Assembly: GCA_044892525.1 (NCBI GenBank)
Contig: CM097885.1
Span: 43,092,001-43,152,000 of the forward strand
DNA: 60,000 nt
Direction of reading: 5' to 3'
Origin: Schmidtea polychroa
Taxonomy: Eukaryota
Positions 1 through 15,721 of the stretch are shown here, piece after piece; within the stretch, counting starts at the first letter, position 1, and every line of letters starts with the position of its first letter. The notes under the pieces are model-generated. The model saw only the letters and a list, made by a program, of their open reading frames with translations. It was not told the DNA's origin and searched no databases. The translations under genes and the position numbers were made by a program.

Positions 1-565
<565 letters not shown>

Positions 566-2476
566 ATAAATTACTATCCTTGTGTTAGTTGAAATTAATT
601 TAAGCAAGCACAAAGTACTGTAAGCTGCTTTCATGTTCTCTGGGAGCCCCAAAATCATTCCTCTTGCTTAACCATTTCTTTTGTATTTGAGTTGCGATCG
701 TTGTGCTACACAGGAGCCAACGATTTCTTGCAGGCTGAGACAAACTGCAGGGATTAACAAATTCATAACTTGTATTCTTTTGTACAATTTGTAAAACATT
801 GTAAATTATTAATAAAAGTTTTGAAAAAAGAGTTGGTTTTTGATTCACTATATTAAATAAAATACGCGCAACCACATTAAATATATTTATATTTATATTT
901 TATCTTATTATTTATTGGAGTCATAGTGTTAAGATTAGTAGCCCCATCTTTTCGATCTTAACAATGTGATACTACCTTTCGAATTAAAGAACTTATTTAT
1001 AAATACTTTGTTTTTTATGTAAAGTTGAGATGTTACAACTTTATCCTATAATTATTGTTTTGTTTTAAAGTGCCGAAAATCACTAATAAAACCAAAGAAA
1101 CAAAAAATCAATTGAAATATTTAAATAAAAGTAATATTATCCTCAATTTTCAATTTATTATGCGGTGTCATTTAACGTCAATATCAATGTATAACAATAC
1201 AACATAAAATGTATGATGAATGAAATCTGTCCCTCTAAAAATATTAATATTTTACATTTAAAAAACTCCCCAAAAATAGTAGTTTGAATAATATAGAAAG
1301 AAACAGTTATTGATTTAAAGAAATTATTTGAAAATAGTTTGATTTACACAGTGCACACCAGTCTTAAATTTAAATTTTATTATTCTTATGTTAATTACGT
1401 TTCTGCACCCTTTTAAATGATAAAGGAAAAAATTGAAAAATTAAAATGTTTCATTCAAATAAGAAAACATGTACTTACAATGCCTTTTATACAGTTGCAA
1501 ACATTGTAGAGGAATGCCACATAATTACTATACAGAATATTATCATAGAGGAGCATACCTTGGAGTTTCCTCAATTCGCTATAATTTCGACTCTGGTCTT
1601 CTCTTGCTGCATAATAGCTCAAATATAAAGGATCAATTCCATTTGTATCGCAGTATGTTCTATGAAATAAAAGATTATTTAATTAAATAAATGAGTGATT
1701 TTAAAAATTTACTCTACCGTCTATTGCTAATAGATTAGAGATGGTTTAAAGGAAGTTAGTTGAAGCCAAAGCTTGCTAAGGATTGGCACCCTATTCAAAG
1801 ATTTACCGAGTTCAAGGCATTATATCTTGAGTATAAGACTATATATCCGCAAAGCTCAATTATATAGAAGGGCTTTTAAGTCTTCCAGATTCAAAAAACT
1901 AACTTTTATATGATTGAATAACAATAAAATCAGCATAAATTCATTTTGAAGTGAAATAAAATTTAAAAAGACTAAAAAAGACTAAAGGCATGAGATATTT
2001 TAGTATCAGTGGTTTTAGTATTAGTAAAATCTTTTGAAGAATTAACAATAGATTTTCAATATTTTTCTCTTCATTTTCATATGATTATAGATAAAAAAAT
2101 TTGTCTATAATTTGAATTTATTGAAATATAATTTTAAAAAATGAGGAAAATAGAAATTCAGAAAATCATTTTCAACATTGAAAGCAATTTTATTAATGAA
2201 ATATTTTTATAAAGACTTGCGTCCATTAAATGCAGAAGAGTTTTTAAATTTTAAAATAAATATTTTCATGAAAAATAATTTTTTTAAAAATCTTACGAAT
2301 TTAAAGAAAATAATTTGATTTTTTAAATTTTAATTTCAGAAAAGAAATTAGAAATAACAAAAATCATTAATCGGAAAAATAAAAATAATTCAAGTCTGCT
2401 GTCATTGTTTTCAAAAAAACGTCCAATCTCGTCATGTTCATCATTCACAATAATTATTTTTTTAATAATTAAACAA

Positions 2477-2700
<224 letters not shown>

Positions 2701-4056
2701 CTCTTTTCCATTAACATTGTATTTATTAAAAAAAAGTTTGGCTATCAATCAGTAAATTTATCGATGTTTTTGATGTTCACGAATTTTCGACATTGCATTT
2801 TTCAAGTGAATTTAATGATATGACAAAGTTCTGAACGAGTTCTGGACAAATTATGTTTCATCAGATTCCATTTTCAGCAACGAAAAAAACTTAATCAATG
2901 TTTTTTATCAATATTGGTTAATTTTCAAACTGCATAATTTTATTTTATCGGAATATTCTTCATAATATATGAATTACTAATAACGATAATAAATTAAATT
3001 AATAATAAATTAAATAGAAATACTTAATTTTATAATGAATTTAAAAGAAACTTCTAGTTTTAACTTTATATTAATTTTTTCAATAGAGAAAATCAATTCC
3101 GGGATTTAGAAAATGTGATCCCAAAATCCTGGTATTCGAAGCACTGTATTTATTTACTTTTCTCGAATAAATTTTTTTAACCTTTATTAAAGAATCTCGT
3201 TTATTGTCGTTTATTTACAGAATTCGTTTATTGTTAATTTTGTTAATGACATAAACAGATTTTTATTAAGGCTCTTATTTATTGGGCTTTAGTGTACTCT
3301 CAAAAGCAACCCAGAATTTTTATCGATAAATCCTTTATTCATAGCCGCATTTTATAATCAACAAACTAACTTTAAATTCAAATTTTATTTCTCCTACTTT
3401 ATGAAATTAGTTGCCTTTTAATTTGGTAACATATTTTTAATCCTTGCCCATAGAAAAATGAATAAAAATTTTAAATTAATAATAAAAAACGAAATCAAAT
3501 TTTTAAAACACCTTAGGTATCTCGGAACAAAACTACTGCGTTCACGAAAGAACTTTGGTTCTTCGTAATCGGCTGTTTCCCAATTTTTTGTATTCCACAA
3601 TTCTTGCCATTCGGAAAATTCGTATATCCAAAATCCAGTATATGAGATATCCATGTTCAACCTATATCTCCATACCCAATACAATGGAGATCGGGGCCAT
3701 TCAACCCACGTATATCCAATTGTTAACTTCAATAGAAAGCTTAAGCAGCAAACTTTTGTTAAACTTATTGGCATGATTCAATTATATCAATTAAATGAAT
3801 GGATTAATGTCAAATGTAAACCATTCATATAATGCATAATTTAGAATAATAATAATTATTATGGGCAACAACCATTTATTACGGGATTTAATAATAAAAA
3901 TTTGCAATTTGGGGTCTTTTAGCATTTTATCACATTTCAACTTTCCATGAATAGTAGAGAAGCAAAAAGGAGAAATATAAATTATAATTTATTTGAAAAA
4001 ATTTCAATATTAAACCTTTCATAAAAATTTTGAAAAGGATAATAGATGAAATATAC

Positions 4057-4586
4057 CAGGGGTCCTGAAACTTTTTCAACAAGGAGCCGGTTCGCTGTCC
4101 CTCAGACCATTGAAGGGCCGAACTTATTTGAAAACAATGGGAACAAATACAATAATTAAAATGAAGAACAAGTAAAGTTAAATCAACCAAATTACAAATA
4201 TTTCAATAGGAACTATGGGCCTCTTTTTGGTTAATAGGATGGCCAATGTCCGGTTCCATATTTGTCACTGCTAGTCGTAACAAGTGATGCAAATGTGTAT
4301 CAGTAAGTCTAGATCTGGTTGGAGATTTCAAATGTTTCATCCTAGAAAATGTCTATTCACAGATATAAGTCCTGCAAAAGATTGTTACCATTTTGAGTGC
4401 ATGGTTCCTGAGATTAGGATATGTCTCGGCGGGGAGAGATGCATAAAAATTAGGAAGGCTGCTTGAACTAAACGCGTCTTTCAGAGAGTCACAATTCTGC
4501 AGTTCAGCCAGTTCCATTTGGTAAATTGTATCCAGCGGGTCGGATAAATGTCTTCGGTGGGCTGTATATGGCTCGAGGCCCGTATT
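4057..4586 (-). mobile_element. Internally deleted hAT (Charlie/Buster, OC1-like) element with a transposase C-terminal remnant
   Basis: Begins with CAGGGGTCCTGAAACT. The minus strand reads ICE*TFSRMKHLKSPTRSRLTDTHLHHLLRLAVTNMEPDI...EAHSSY*, a hAT dimerisation region. The other end is degenerate. Confidence 0.75.
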
Positions 4587-4941
4587 TTTATTTAAAAAAT
4601 AACAATTGATTCTGCATGCTACTCTACATTGGCATAACTCTACTCCTCTAATTCAATTTGTTGCTCTCTAGGAGCCGAAAAAATTAAAAAATATTTAATT
4701 AGATAGACAGACTGAATTAATTTAATTTAATTTATTTGTTTTTCTCAATTAATTAATTTGTGTTTTCTAAATAATTTTGTACGGAGTCCACAATTGATTT
4801 TATATTACCATATTCGTGCTTGAGTTTGTCTCATCATTTGCTATCTTCTAATATCCATTCCTTCTGTAAAATATTAACTTTTTCAATTTCATTTTGTTTT
4901 TGTGTTTTATGTTAATTTTTTACATTTTGATTACCCTAGAC

Positions 4942-5260
4942 CAGGGCTTCTTAAACTATGGGTCGCGACCCCATTTGGAGTCGCCTAGCGAAATATTGGG
5001 GTCGCGAAATTTTTATATAAAATATTCAAATACATAAAATTGCATAATTGTCGTATGTTTCCCTACTCATTAGGCAAATGGAAATTTGTCCGTAGTGACC
5101 AACTCTGAAACGTCAATTTTGTCATATGTATTTATATTATTACTTAATTAATAAATCTTCACAAAAAATTTATATATCTTTATTTTAAATTATAAGGGGT
5201 CGCAAAAAAGGTTTACAATCATTAATGGGGTCGCGAATGAAAAAAGTTTAAGAAGCACTG
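4942..5260. mobile_element. hAT (Charlie-type) MITE
   Basis: TIRs CAGGGCTTCTTAAACT / AGTTTAAGAAGCACTG, a perfect 8-bp TSD CCCTAGAC (4934-4941, 5261-5268) and subterminal GGGTCGC repeats. Confidence 0.93.
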
Positions 5261-5565
5261 CCCTAGACCCAATTCTATGTTTCCATCTTAATATTTATAT
5301 AACCCCAACAACATAAGTTTATTTAAGAATGTAAAAAGAAAACATTTACAAAATAACTATAAATTTAAAATTATAAGATATGCGTCATATTTTTAATCAA
5401 CAGTCAAGTTCATAATGGTTAGGATGTCTGAAAATCCGGTGTTTTGGTATCCATCGGATTCAGTTTTCAGTTATTTCAAAACCCCCCAATATAACTGACC
5501 AAAAATTTTTAAATATAATAAAAACAATAAATAATGTCTTTATATTTTTTATATTCTTTATTTAA

Positions 5566-5873
5566 CCCCTTTACCGTCAACTTCTTTTTCTGAAATCGAC
5601 CCTTAATTGGCGACTTTATTTGCGGCTATATATTTTGTTTAGCCCTGCCATACATTCTTGCCCTCAGCAGGGCTAGCGTTGTAGTAGAGTGCATGGTTAT
5701 CATGGTTTGATGTTTCTAAATGATCTAGAACGCCGTATTTACGTTTAGCCGAGTATACTCGGGTCTACCGTGCTGCAGTACGCTTTCAAATATATAAAAC
5801 GAGTTAACTCGGGTCTACCGGTTATCAGCCGGTTTCGGCTTGACGAGTATCCTCGGGTCTACCGGTAAAGGGG
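5566..5873. mobile_element. piggyBac-type MITE
   Basis: TTAA on both sides, TIRs CCCCTTTACCG / CGGTAAAGGGG and three internal CTCGGGTCTACCG repeats. Confidence 0.85.
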
Positions 5874-6843
5874 TTAACTTCAAATACAAGTATTTTAAAA
5901 AAGTCAGCGCGTTTAAACGATTTATCAGACAACCGCGTTCTGATTTTTGTACAAAAATTGTATATACTCGTTCTCTGAGTCAGTAGATATAATGTACAGT
6001 AGATATAAGGTACAAATAACATCAAATAATGTTTGTAAATTATCAGCTCTTTTTCCAGTGTTCACAATAATGTAAATTCTTGTTTCATATTTATAAATAG
6101 GTTACGACAGATTCGCTGCTTTTTTGTTAGTTAATCTTTTATCATCTTTTTACTATCTCTATATTAACTTCGCTGATGTATGTTTGTATGTGCCACGCCA
6201 ATTTTGTGAGGCAAAATTAACCTACTTTCTGTGACTAGGCTGATTAGGCTGAAATTTGGCAAATATATTCGTTATCGAGTACTTATCGAAATTTCAGGTT
6301 ATCCAATCACGGAAAAGTGGGTTAATTTTAAAAATATTGATATGTTGATATTGATATCGTATTAAGGAGATAACGTAACTATATCTAAAAATATGTTGAA
6401 ATCAAGAGTGAAATATAGAGAGTTTCAAAACCATGTTTTTATGGTTGATTTTTTATGTTCTTGTTCTATCCATAGTCATCACCACTTCTCTTGCTGCTAA
6501 ATCAAGTTTTTGTTTTGATGAAATATGGGATGAATTATTTAATACTTTACTAAATTCATTAAATTTTTATTTTTTCATTCGGCTATTCTTTTCATAATAT
6601 TTTCTAATAATTTTGATTTTCTTTGATTTTTAGTTTTTTAAAGTTTATTTGTCATAAATTTTAATATCATATCTGCTGAAGCCAAACTGGCATTTTTTCT
6701 ACTAAGAGATTCTACAGCTAATTTTATTGGTTTGACAGCATTAACCAGATCATCAATATTTTAATCAAAAATATTTTTTTCAGGTGTCTTTATTTTTACT
6801 AGTGTCTGGAACAGTTAAATGCAATTCATGATTGAATCATATA

Positions 6844-7630
6844 CAGTAGAACCTCGATTATCCGGACTAATTGGGGATGAAGGTAATCCGGATAATGGAA
6901 ATATCTCCCTCGATAGTCTCTCTCGCAAATTTCTCATCGTCTTCTTCATCTTGTTCCACTGAGACTAATATTTCTTTAATTATTTCTTCATCATTTAAAG
7001 TTTGGAATCCAGGATCGTTAGCTGATGGTAAGTCAGCAGAAAGGTTTTCCCCGTGAATTTCAAGTTCTCTGATGCCATGGTACCCTTTGAATTTTTCGAA
7101 CCAACCCAAACTTTCTTTAAAGGTAGAACCTCCATTTAATTTTGTATTAAAAAATATTGCTTTTTCGTACAATGATGGACTAGATATTAGATGTCCAGAT
7201 GATCGTCTTTGAATGAGCCACATAAAATTACACTCTTCGACTTCTTCATTTCCTGATTTTTTCATAACCTTACGCTCTGAGCTTCAATCTTCTAACAATA
7301 AAGAATTAGTAAATTTCATAATTTTTTCACTTTGTTTTTTTATATCGAAGATCGTTGACGTTCCAACACCGTATTTATTAGACAAAAAACGTCCCGAGAC
7401 CCCGTTTTTTAAGGCAGTGATTATGTCTAATTTTTCTTTTTTTCTACAATAAGTTTTCTTTTCATTTTTTTTTCAATATTGAGAATATTAAAAAAAATAT
7501 TTAACACACACAATAGTATGCAATCCATCAAGTAAGTAAACATTTGAAAGTAGTTTCAATTCGCCAAAGTAACAAATTCGTAAAATTTGTGTTTTTATTT
7601 TTAACAATCCGGATAATCGAGGTTCTACTG
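6844..7630 (-). mobile_element. Tigger/pogo deletion derivative with a CENP-B-type HTH remnant
   Basis: TIRs CAGTAGAACCTCGATTATCCGGA / TCCGGATAATCGAGGTTCTACTG with TA TSD. Minus-strand peptides KYGVGTSTIFDIKK and FKESLGWFEKFKGYHGIREL..HGE..SAD are present; the DDE core is deleted. Confidence 0.92.
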
Positions 7631-9597
7631 TACATAGTTTATAGCTGGTATCTCTATAGTGGGGGGCTTCTTGGTCCTGCAAATTTCAATACAAAAAAGA
7701 GTGTCCTCGATAAAAAAGCATGGAATTTTCTAGGTATTATTAAGGTGGGTCTCCTTGGCCATGGGGTATTCAAAACAAAATACATCTATCAGTAAAAAAG
7801 CATGGATATTTCTAAGTATAATTTTGGTGGCTCTCCTTCGTCCTGAGATTTTCAATACAAAAACAGGGTCTTCACTAAAAAAGCATGGATATTTAAAGTC
7901 TAAAATAAAAAAGGGTGTCATCAATAAAAAAGCATATTAAATTAATTTTTAATGGGATTTTCAATACAAAAACAGGGTCTTCACTAAAAAAGCATGGATA
8001 TTTAAAGTCTAAAATAAAAAAGGGTGTCATCAATAAAAAAGCATATTAAATTAATTTTTAATGGGATTTTCAATGCAAAAAGGGGATCTTCACTAAGAAA
8101 CCATAGTAAATTAATGATAAATAGGTAAATTATTGTCTAAATATTTTAAATAAAGTAAATTATGGTCTAAAAATTGAATTAAAGTAAATTATGGCTAAGT
8201 TAAGATAAATAAATTAAGGGCTAATTTTTAAAATTAAGTAATCAATGGGCAAAGATTTTAAATTAAAGTAATTAAAGTTAAAAATTTTTAAATAACTAAA
8301 TTAAAGTAATAATTTAAAATTTATTATCAAAAAGATTGAATAACCACCAACCTCTTAATGAAAATTTTAATGAAATAATTTTCAAAGAATCAATTTTAGA
8401 TACAGGAAATTATTGGTTAAATATGTAAATAAGAAAATTAAGTAAATTATGGTGTTAAATTAAGTAATACAACGATAAATAGATAAATCAAGGATAATTA
8501 AGTAAATCAAGCGTCTAAAAATTAAATTAATGTAATCAATGGCTAAATTAAGTAAATCAATGAGTAAATTAAGTAAATAAAGCGTTAAATTAACTAAATT
8601 TAAGGTTAAATTTTAAAGTTAAGTAAATTAAGGTTAAATTTTAAAATTAAGTAATTAGTGGTCTCAAATTTTAAATATGTAAATTAAAGTTAAAAATTTT
8701 AAATTAAAGTAATAATTTAAAAATTTAAGTAAATTAATGTAATAAGTAAATTAAAGTAAGAATTTTAAATTTATTATCAAAAGATTGAATAACCACCAAC
8801 TTTTTGAGAAATGTAATTTTTTAATGAAAATTTTAATGAAATAATTTTCAAAGATAATTTTAAATGGAAATTTTAATGAAATATTTTTCAATGGCAATTT
8901 CAGATGCAAATCTTTGTGAATTAATCAATGACCACATGAAATTATTGGTTAAATATGTAAATAAAGGTTATATTTGGTAAAAAAATAAATGAATGGCTAA
9001 TTTTTAAAATTATGTAATATATTTTCAATTATGATGAGAATTGGTAGTAAAATGTAAATTAAGGTCTAAGTAAATTAGGTAAATTAAGGTTAATAATAGT
9101 AATAATAATTCAACAACCAAGTACTAACAACCAGCTAACAACTAGATAATAAACACTTACAACCACATACCTACAACTTACAACTAATTACCAAGTACTT
9201 ACAACCAAGTACTTACAACCAGATGACCACATGAAATTATTGGTTAAATAGGTAAATTAAGTGACAAATTTTAAAATTAAGTAAATCAATGGCTATATTT
9301 GGTGAATAAGGACTATATTAAGTAACTAAAAAGGTTAAATTAAGTAAATTTAAGGGTAAGTTTTAAAATTAAAGTAAATTATGGTGTAGAATTTTAAAAT
9401 TAAGTAATCAATGGTCAAAAATTTTAAATTAAAGTAATAAGTAAAGCTAAAAATTTTTAAATAAGTAAATTAAAGTAATAATTTTAAATTTATTATCAAA
9501 AAGATTGAATAACCACCAATTTTTGAGAAATGTAATTTTTTAATGAAAATTTTAATAAAATAATTTTCAAAGCAATTTTAAACGGAAATTTCAAAGA

Positions 9598-9604
9598 TAA
9601 TAAA

Positions 9605-9697
<93 letters not shown>
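9598..9697. repeat. (AAT)n microsatellite
   Basis: AAT run. Confidence 0.95.
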
Positions 9698-10730
9698 TTT
9701 ACAACCAGCTACCAAGTACTTACAACCACCTACTAACTATTTACAACTAGATACCGAGTACCATATACTTCTAACAACCAAGTACTAACAACCACACATA
9801 CTTACACATAAAATAATAACAATTAAAGACTTAATAACATTTATTCATCAAGTATTTGCTTATAATAAGCTCTTCTTAATTTTGCAAGTAGAATATTTCT
9901 TATATTATTGTCAAAATCTAAAAGATCAACCAGATACTAACAACTATGTATTTCTATCGAACAGCTAACAACTAGATACCTAACAACTAGGTACTACTAT
10001 TTACAATCAGATACCAATTACCAACTGCTACTAAATATTTTTAACTATGTACTAATAAATAAGTACCAAATACTTACAACTAAGTACTTACAACCAACAA
10101 ACAACCAGTTACTAAGTACTAACTAACTCTCAAACAACTAGCTATATACAACCAACTAAGTATTCGTCGTTGTATTTTATCAAATGCTTTTTTAATAAAT
10201 TAATTTGTTTTTTATTAGAATTCAAAAAAATTTTTAATTACAATCAGTAGAAAAACCTTTTATAAATGTCTAAATTTAACAAAAATGCTGATTTTCATCA
10301 AAAAATGAATAATTGTCAACCACTTTAAAACACCATGTGAAATTAAAAATAATTTAAATAAAATTACAACGAAAAACTACAGAACTCTAATTTTTATTCA
10401 CAAAAGATCTGCTTAAATTTTAATTGATTACTACTGACTTATTATTGCAAAGTAAAAATTTCATGCTTATTCAATAATTAGTTATTGTTAATTCGTTTTA
10501 TTATATACAGTCTGAGTTTATCCGACAGGATGTTTTGTCTCCCTATGGGTATTGGTAGTAAGGGTACTGGTCAAACTCAACCCCCACCTACCCATTAACT
10601 ATGTACTAACAACAATTACCTACCAAGTACTTACAACTAGATACTAACTATCCTCACTAGCTAACAGCCAGATATCAAGTACCAACTACAAGCTACTAAG
10701 TATTTTAACTAGGTACTAACAAATAAATAC

Positions 10731-11793
10731 TGTTGGGTTTTAGATAACTTTAAGTCGGTTCTCTCTGACTCCTAGTGTTCTTTAAATCAAAACAATGAAC
10801 GACCCAACGTATATTGAAACAACAGGTTCACAATTTATTATCACCACTTTACAATTACTAATCAAAGTTTTATACGATTCTCCGCTCGGCGTTGATGCTT
10901 TGCAAACAAATATTATTCACCTTTTATTCCTTTAGATTCTCTTGACCCACGTTTTCCTCGGTTTCTGTTTGATTTGATTCCTTTTTCACCTTTCCGTATT
11001 CCTTATTCCATTTCTTCTTTTCCCTACTTTCCTTAATTCGTTTCCGTCTTTTCCTAAGCTCTGTTTCTTCGAACCTTAGCTGAGGCAAAATGCCGATTTT
11101 CTCTGATTTTCCCTTTCCTTATATACTCCTCGAAATCAGGATGACAAATGGTTATTGCCGAGCCAATCTTTCATTTGACATTTACTCCCACGTATTTGCT
11201 TCGGCTGTCACCCATAATGGTCCAACAAATCCAGATAATTAATGGCCCTACCGGTCTTCCTACGCGCGCTATCTTCTACTTGCTCTTTTCGCATTAATCA
11301 TTGTGTCAAGCTAATGGGCCCAAATCTTCCTTTTGTTTGCCTTTCTTCTTGTTTACCCAGCTCAGGTTTCCTTTATCTCTCGGGTTCTCCATTGGCTCGG
11401 GTTTCCCATTAGCTCGGGTTTTCCATTAGCCAATTAATTAATTAATTAACGTTTTCTGTTTTCATACATTTGAATGTTTTTCGACCCTTCCTAACCATTT
11501 TCTGATAAATCCCTAATCATCATCTTGTTGACCATTAGCTAATCTATACCTGTCCCGTTTTTCCCATTCGATTTCGATGATTTTTCCATTTATTGATTTT
11601 TCTCGGATTTCCGGATTCTTGCCTTTCGTAATTGCTTTTGGCATTTCCTAATACTGTTTCCATCACACTTTCCTTTACTATTGATTCTGTGCGCGATCCC
11701 GCTTTTATTTGTCTTTTTTCTTCGCTTACTTTCTATTTGAATTATTATCCTAAATTTCATTTAAATTTTAATTTTAATTTACAGACCTCAACA
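10731..11793 (-). mobile_element. Solo LTR (1063 bp)
   Basis: TGTTG...CAACA termini with a 4-bp TSD ATAC on both sides; reverse-complement homologue of 13143-14168. Confidence 0.9.
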
Positions 11794-12965
11794 ATACCAA
11801 CAACCAATTACTTACAACCAGCTAACAACTAGATACCCGCAACCAAGTACTTACAACTTTCTAACAACAACTAGGTACCAAGTACTAACAACCATCAATA
11901 AACCCATCGAGAAATTAACAAATATCAACCTACAATTAATTTATTCAATCTAAATCAGTTATCTACTAGATCCTTTTACAAAATTCTTATTAATTTATTA
12001 TCTTAGATGATTCATATTTAATTATTAACTCGAATGATCAGTATTTGGATAAATATTTACTGGATTATTAATAATTAGAATTTAAAGTTCTTTCTTGTTC
12101 ATTAATTGTATTTTTATGATATTTATTTACTATGTTTTGAATAATTTTTACATGTTATTTTTACGATGATTTAATCAATTTTTACCTAGTTATTGGAAAA
12201 TCATACAAGTACCTTAAGGTCAATTGAAATTTTATTAATTTTTCATCCAATGATCTTTCTTCAATAAAGGGAATTTTCTTTTAAAGATCAATCTATTTGT
12301 TAGTACATTGTTGTTGGTATTTGTTAGTAAGTGCTTGGTACCTAGTTGGTTGCTTGTTGTTGGGACCTAGTAGTTGACACTAATCTGTTAGTAGCTAGTT
12401 GTAAGTACTTGGTTGTTAGTACATGGTATCTAGTTGTAAATACATGTTCGTAAGTTACTGGTTATAAGTAGCTAGTTCTTAGTATGTGATTGTTGTTATC
12501 TAGTTGTAGGTTGACATTTGTTAATTTCTCGATGGAATTTTTTGATGGGATTTATTATTAATATTAATACTTTTTCAAGGTCATTGATAACTTATTCAAG
12601 GTCAAATATGTAGGTCAAGGTCAATAATTTATTTTAAAAATATTATGTCTTTGTACTAGCGGAGATCTACGTTTTGGCACCCAAAAGTTTGTGTTCTTAT
12701 CAATCGATTATATAGACCGGTGGCTTATTTTAAAGCTCAGTGCAAGTCCTTCCTAATGAGCTATAGATATCATTATTATCATTAGTAGTTTTAAAGATAT
12801 TAACAATTGATGACCAGCATCTGTTTCAAGGTCATATTATTATTTTTCAAGGTCATATTTTCAAAATAAATTTTTTGTGAGTTTCCGACCATGGATTTTA
12901 TTGAACAATAGCTCATTTTAAAGGTCGTTCAAAGGCCTACATGGGGGGGGGGCGGATAGTATCAA

Positions 12966-13142
<177 letters not shown>

Positions 13143-14168
13143 TGTTGAGGTCTGTAAATTAAAATTAAAAATTTAAATAAAATTTAGGATAATAATTCAA
13201 ATGGAAAGTAAGCGAGGAAAAATGGCAAATAAAAGCGGAATCGTGCACAGAATTAATAGTAAAGGAAAGTGCGATGGAAACAGTATTAGAAAATGCAAAA
13301 AGCAATTACGAAAGGCGAGAATCTGGAAATCCGAGGAAAATCAATAAATGGAAAAATCATCGAAATCGAATGGGAAAGACGGGACAGGTATAGATTAGCT
13401 AATGGTCGACAAGATAATGGTTAGGGATTTATCAGAAAAGGGTTAGGAAGGGTCGAAAAACATTCAAACGTATGAAAACAGAAAACGTTAATTAATTAAT
13501 TAATTGGCTAATGGAAAACCCGAGAGATAAAGGAAACCCGAGCTGGGTAAACAAGAAGAAAGGCAAACAAAAGGAAGATTTGGGCCCATTAGCTTGACAC
13601 AATGATTAATGGGAAAAGAGTAAGGAGAAGATAGCGCGCGTAGGAAGACCGGTAGGGCCATTAATTATCTGGATTCGTTGGACCATTATGGGTGACAGCC
13701 GAAGCAAACACGTAGGAGAAAATGTCAAACGAAAGATTGGCTCGGCAATAACCATTTGTCATCCTGATTTCGAGGAGTATATAAGCAAAGGGAAAATCAG
13801 AGAAAATCGGCATTTTGCCTCAGGTAGGTTAAGAAGAATCGAGAATAGTCGAGAGGTAAAAACGAAATTAGGGAAGTAGGGAAAAGAAGAAATAGAATTA
13901 AGAATACGAAAAGGTGAAAAGGAATCAAACCAAACAGAAACCGAGGAAAACGAGAGTCAAGAGAATCGAAAGGATCGAAAGGTGAATATTATTTGTTTGC
14001 AAAGCATCAACGCCGAGCGGAGAATTCTATAAAACTTTGATCAGTAATTGTAGCGTGATAATAAATTGTGAACCTGTTGTTTCAATATACGTTGGGTCGT
14101 TCATTGTTTTGATTTAAAGAACACTAGGAGTCAGAGAGAACCGACTTGAAATAATCCAAAACCCAACA
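13143..14168 (+). mobile_element. Solo LTR (1026 bp), same family as 10731-11793
   Basis: TGTTG...CAACA termini with a 4-bp TSD TTAT. TATATAA near 13778 and AATAAA near 14060 suggest + orientation. Confidence 0.9.
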
Positions 14169-15613
14169 TTATTATCATCATCATTATTATTATTATCAAG
14201 TTTTATTACAAAGTTTTATAATTTTTATTACGAAGTTTTATTATTATTATTATTTTTATTAAAATTTATTTTTAAAAGGAAGTTATTGGTCTTGACCTAC
14301 ATATTTGACCTTGACCTACTTATTTGACCTTGAAAATAATATGATCTTGAAAAAATAATAATAATTTTAATAATAATAATAATAATAGTAATATACCCTT
14401 TCGATATGTTGAGTGTGACTAATACCTTTACGACCAATAGCCATTTGGGGAGAAAATATCTTTCGGATAAACTCAGAGTATATATAATAAAATTATAAAT
14501 AATAATAATAATAATAACATCTCCTGTGCGCGTTAATATCTTTAAAACTACTAATGATAATAATGATATTTATAGCTCATTAGAAAGCACTTGCACTGCG
14601 CTTTAAGCCATCGGTTTATATAATTGATTGATAGGAACACTTACTTTTGGGGTGCCAAAAATTCCAAGGTTTTTAACCCTTTGAAGGTTCACCATAAACT
14701 TTTGTGGGTCTGACCATCATACTCACCTCTCAAATACCTTTCGAATGAACGGTCGTTCATTAAAGTCCATTGGCTGGAACTGTGAAAATTTAGATTTAAA
14801 ATTTTTTAAATTTTAGCATGACTCATCACATAACTCATCTGATTTTGACTTACATATTTGACCTTGACCTTTATTTAAAAAATTCTCGGGTGGAGAAGGT
14901 ACTGTACTTACGGCGACCAATCCATCTACTGATCATCTATGTTAGATTTTAATCTCGAGAACCAATTAAAAATTTCAACCACAAAATTTGAAGTAGATTT
15001 TGAAGAATTAACCTAACAAATTGTAAAACAAACTTCTCATTAAAATTAATTTATAAATTTTTCAATAAAAATAAAATGGAATTTAATAATGTATTTAATA
15101 TACATTTATAATAAAATATAAAATAAATCACTAATTTTTGGTTCAATTTTTTTTCTCGCAAATTAGCTCTTGCAAATCAAATAATTTTGGCTCCTAAACA
15201 GATTTTTGTTGGACAAGCCTGTTTTAATACATTCCATTTTTTTCCAATTTATTATAAACTTCGAAGCATGTTAATAAAGTGTGTCTTTTTATGTATTGTA
15301 TATTTTTGATCTGTTTTTTCCTCTAGACTTTCATTTATCGTCATTTAGATTTAGACTAGATTAGTAAGAACAATAAAAAATATTGATCTATACTTGAAAT
15401 CTAAAGGAAGATAAATGAAATTATTTTTAAATTATGTTTAAAACTGTTATTATTTCAATGTTGATATTTCAATTTGTGTCAATTGACATTTTAAATAATA
15501 GATTATTATATATTATTTTCTAGTAAAACTGAAATAAATTGTGTGTTTAAATTTATCAACTTCATTTATAATTTGATTCTGATTTTTTATTAGCAATATT
15601 TATTGAGATTACA

Positions 15614-15646
15614 ATGGAGGTGGAAGATGAAATTAGACGAAGAAAT
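15614..15646 (+). CDS. CDS: CDP-diacylglycerol synthase exon 1 (MEVEDEIRRRN)
   Basis: ATG, an EIRRR resembling the ELRQR N-terminus of animal CDS, and a GTCAGT donor in phase 0 matching exon 2. Confidence 0.7.
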
Positions 15647-15721
15647 GTCAGTGAATTTATTTTCTTACAAAACATTTTATAATATTATTCATTATTTAAT
15701 TGCTTATATTTTAAACTTCAG

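Noticed and set aside
9100..12520. ACAACCAAGTACTT arrays as a CRISPR-like repeat-spacer system
   Set aside because: Units are degenerate and irregular with no unique spacers, in a eukaryotic context with no cas genes.
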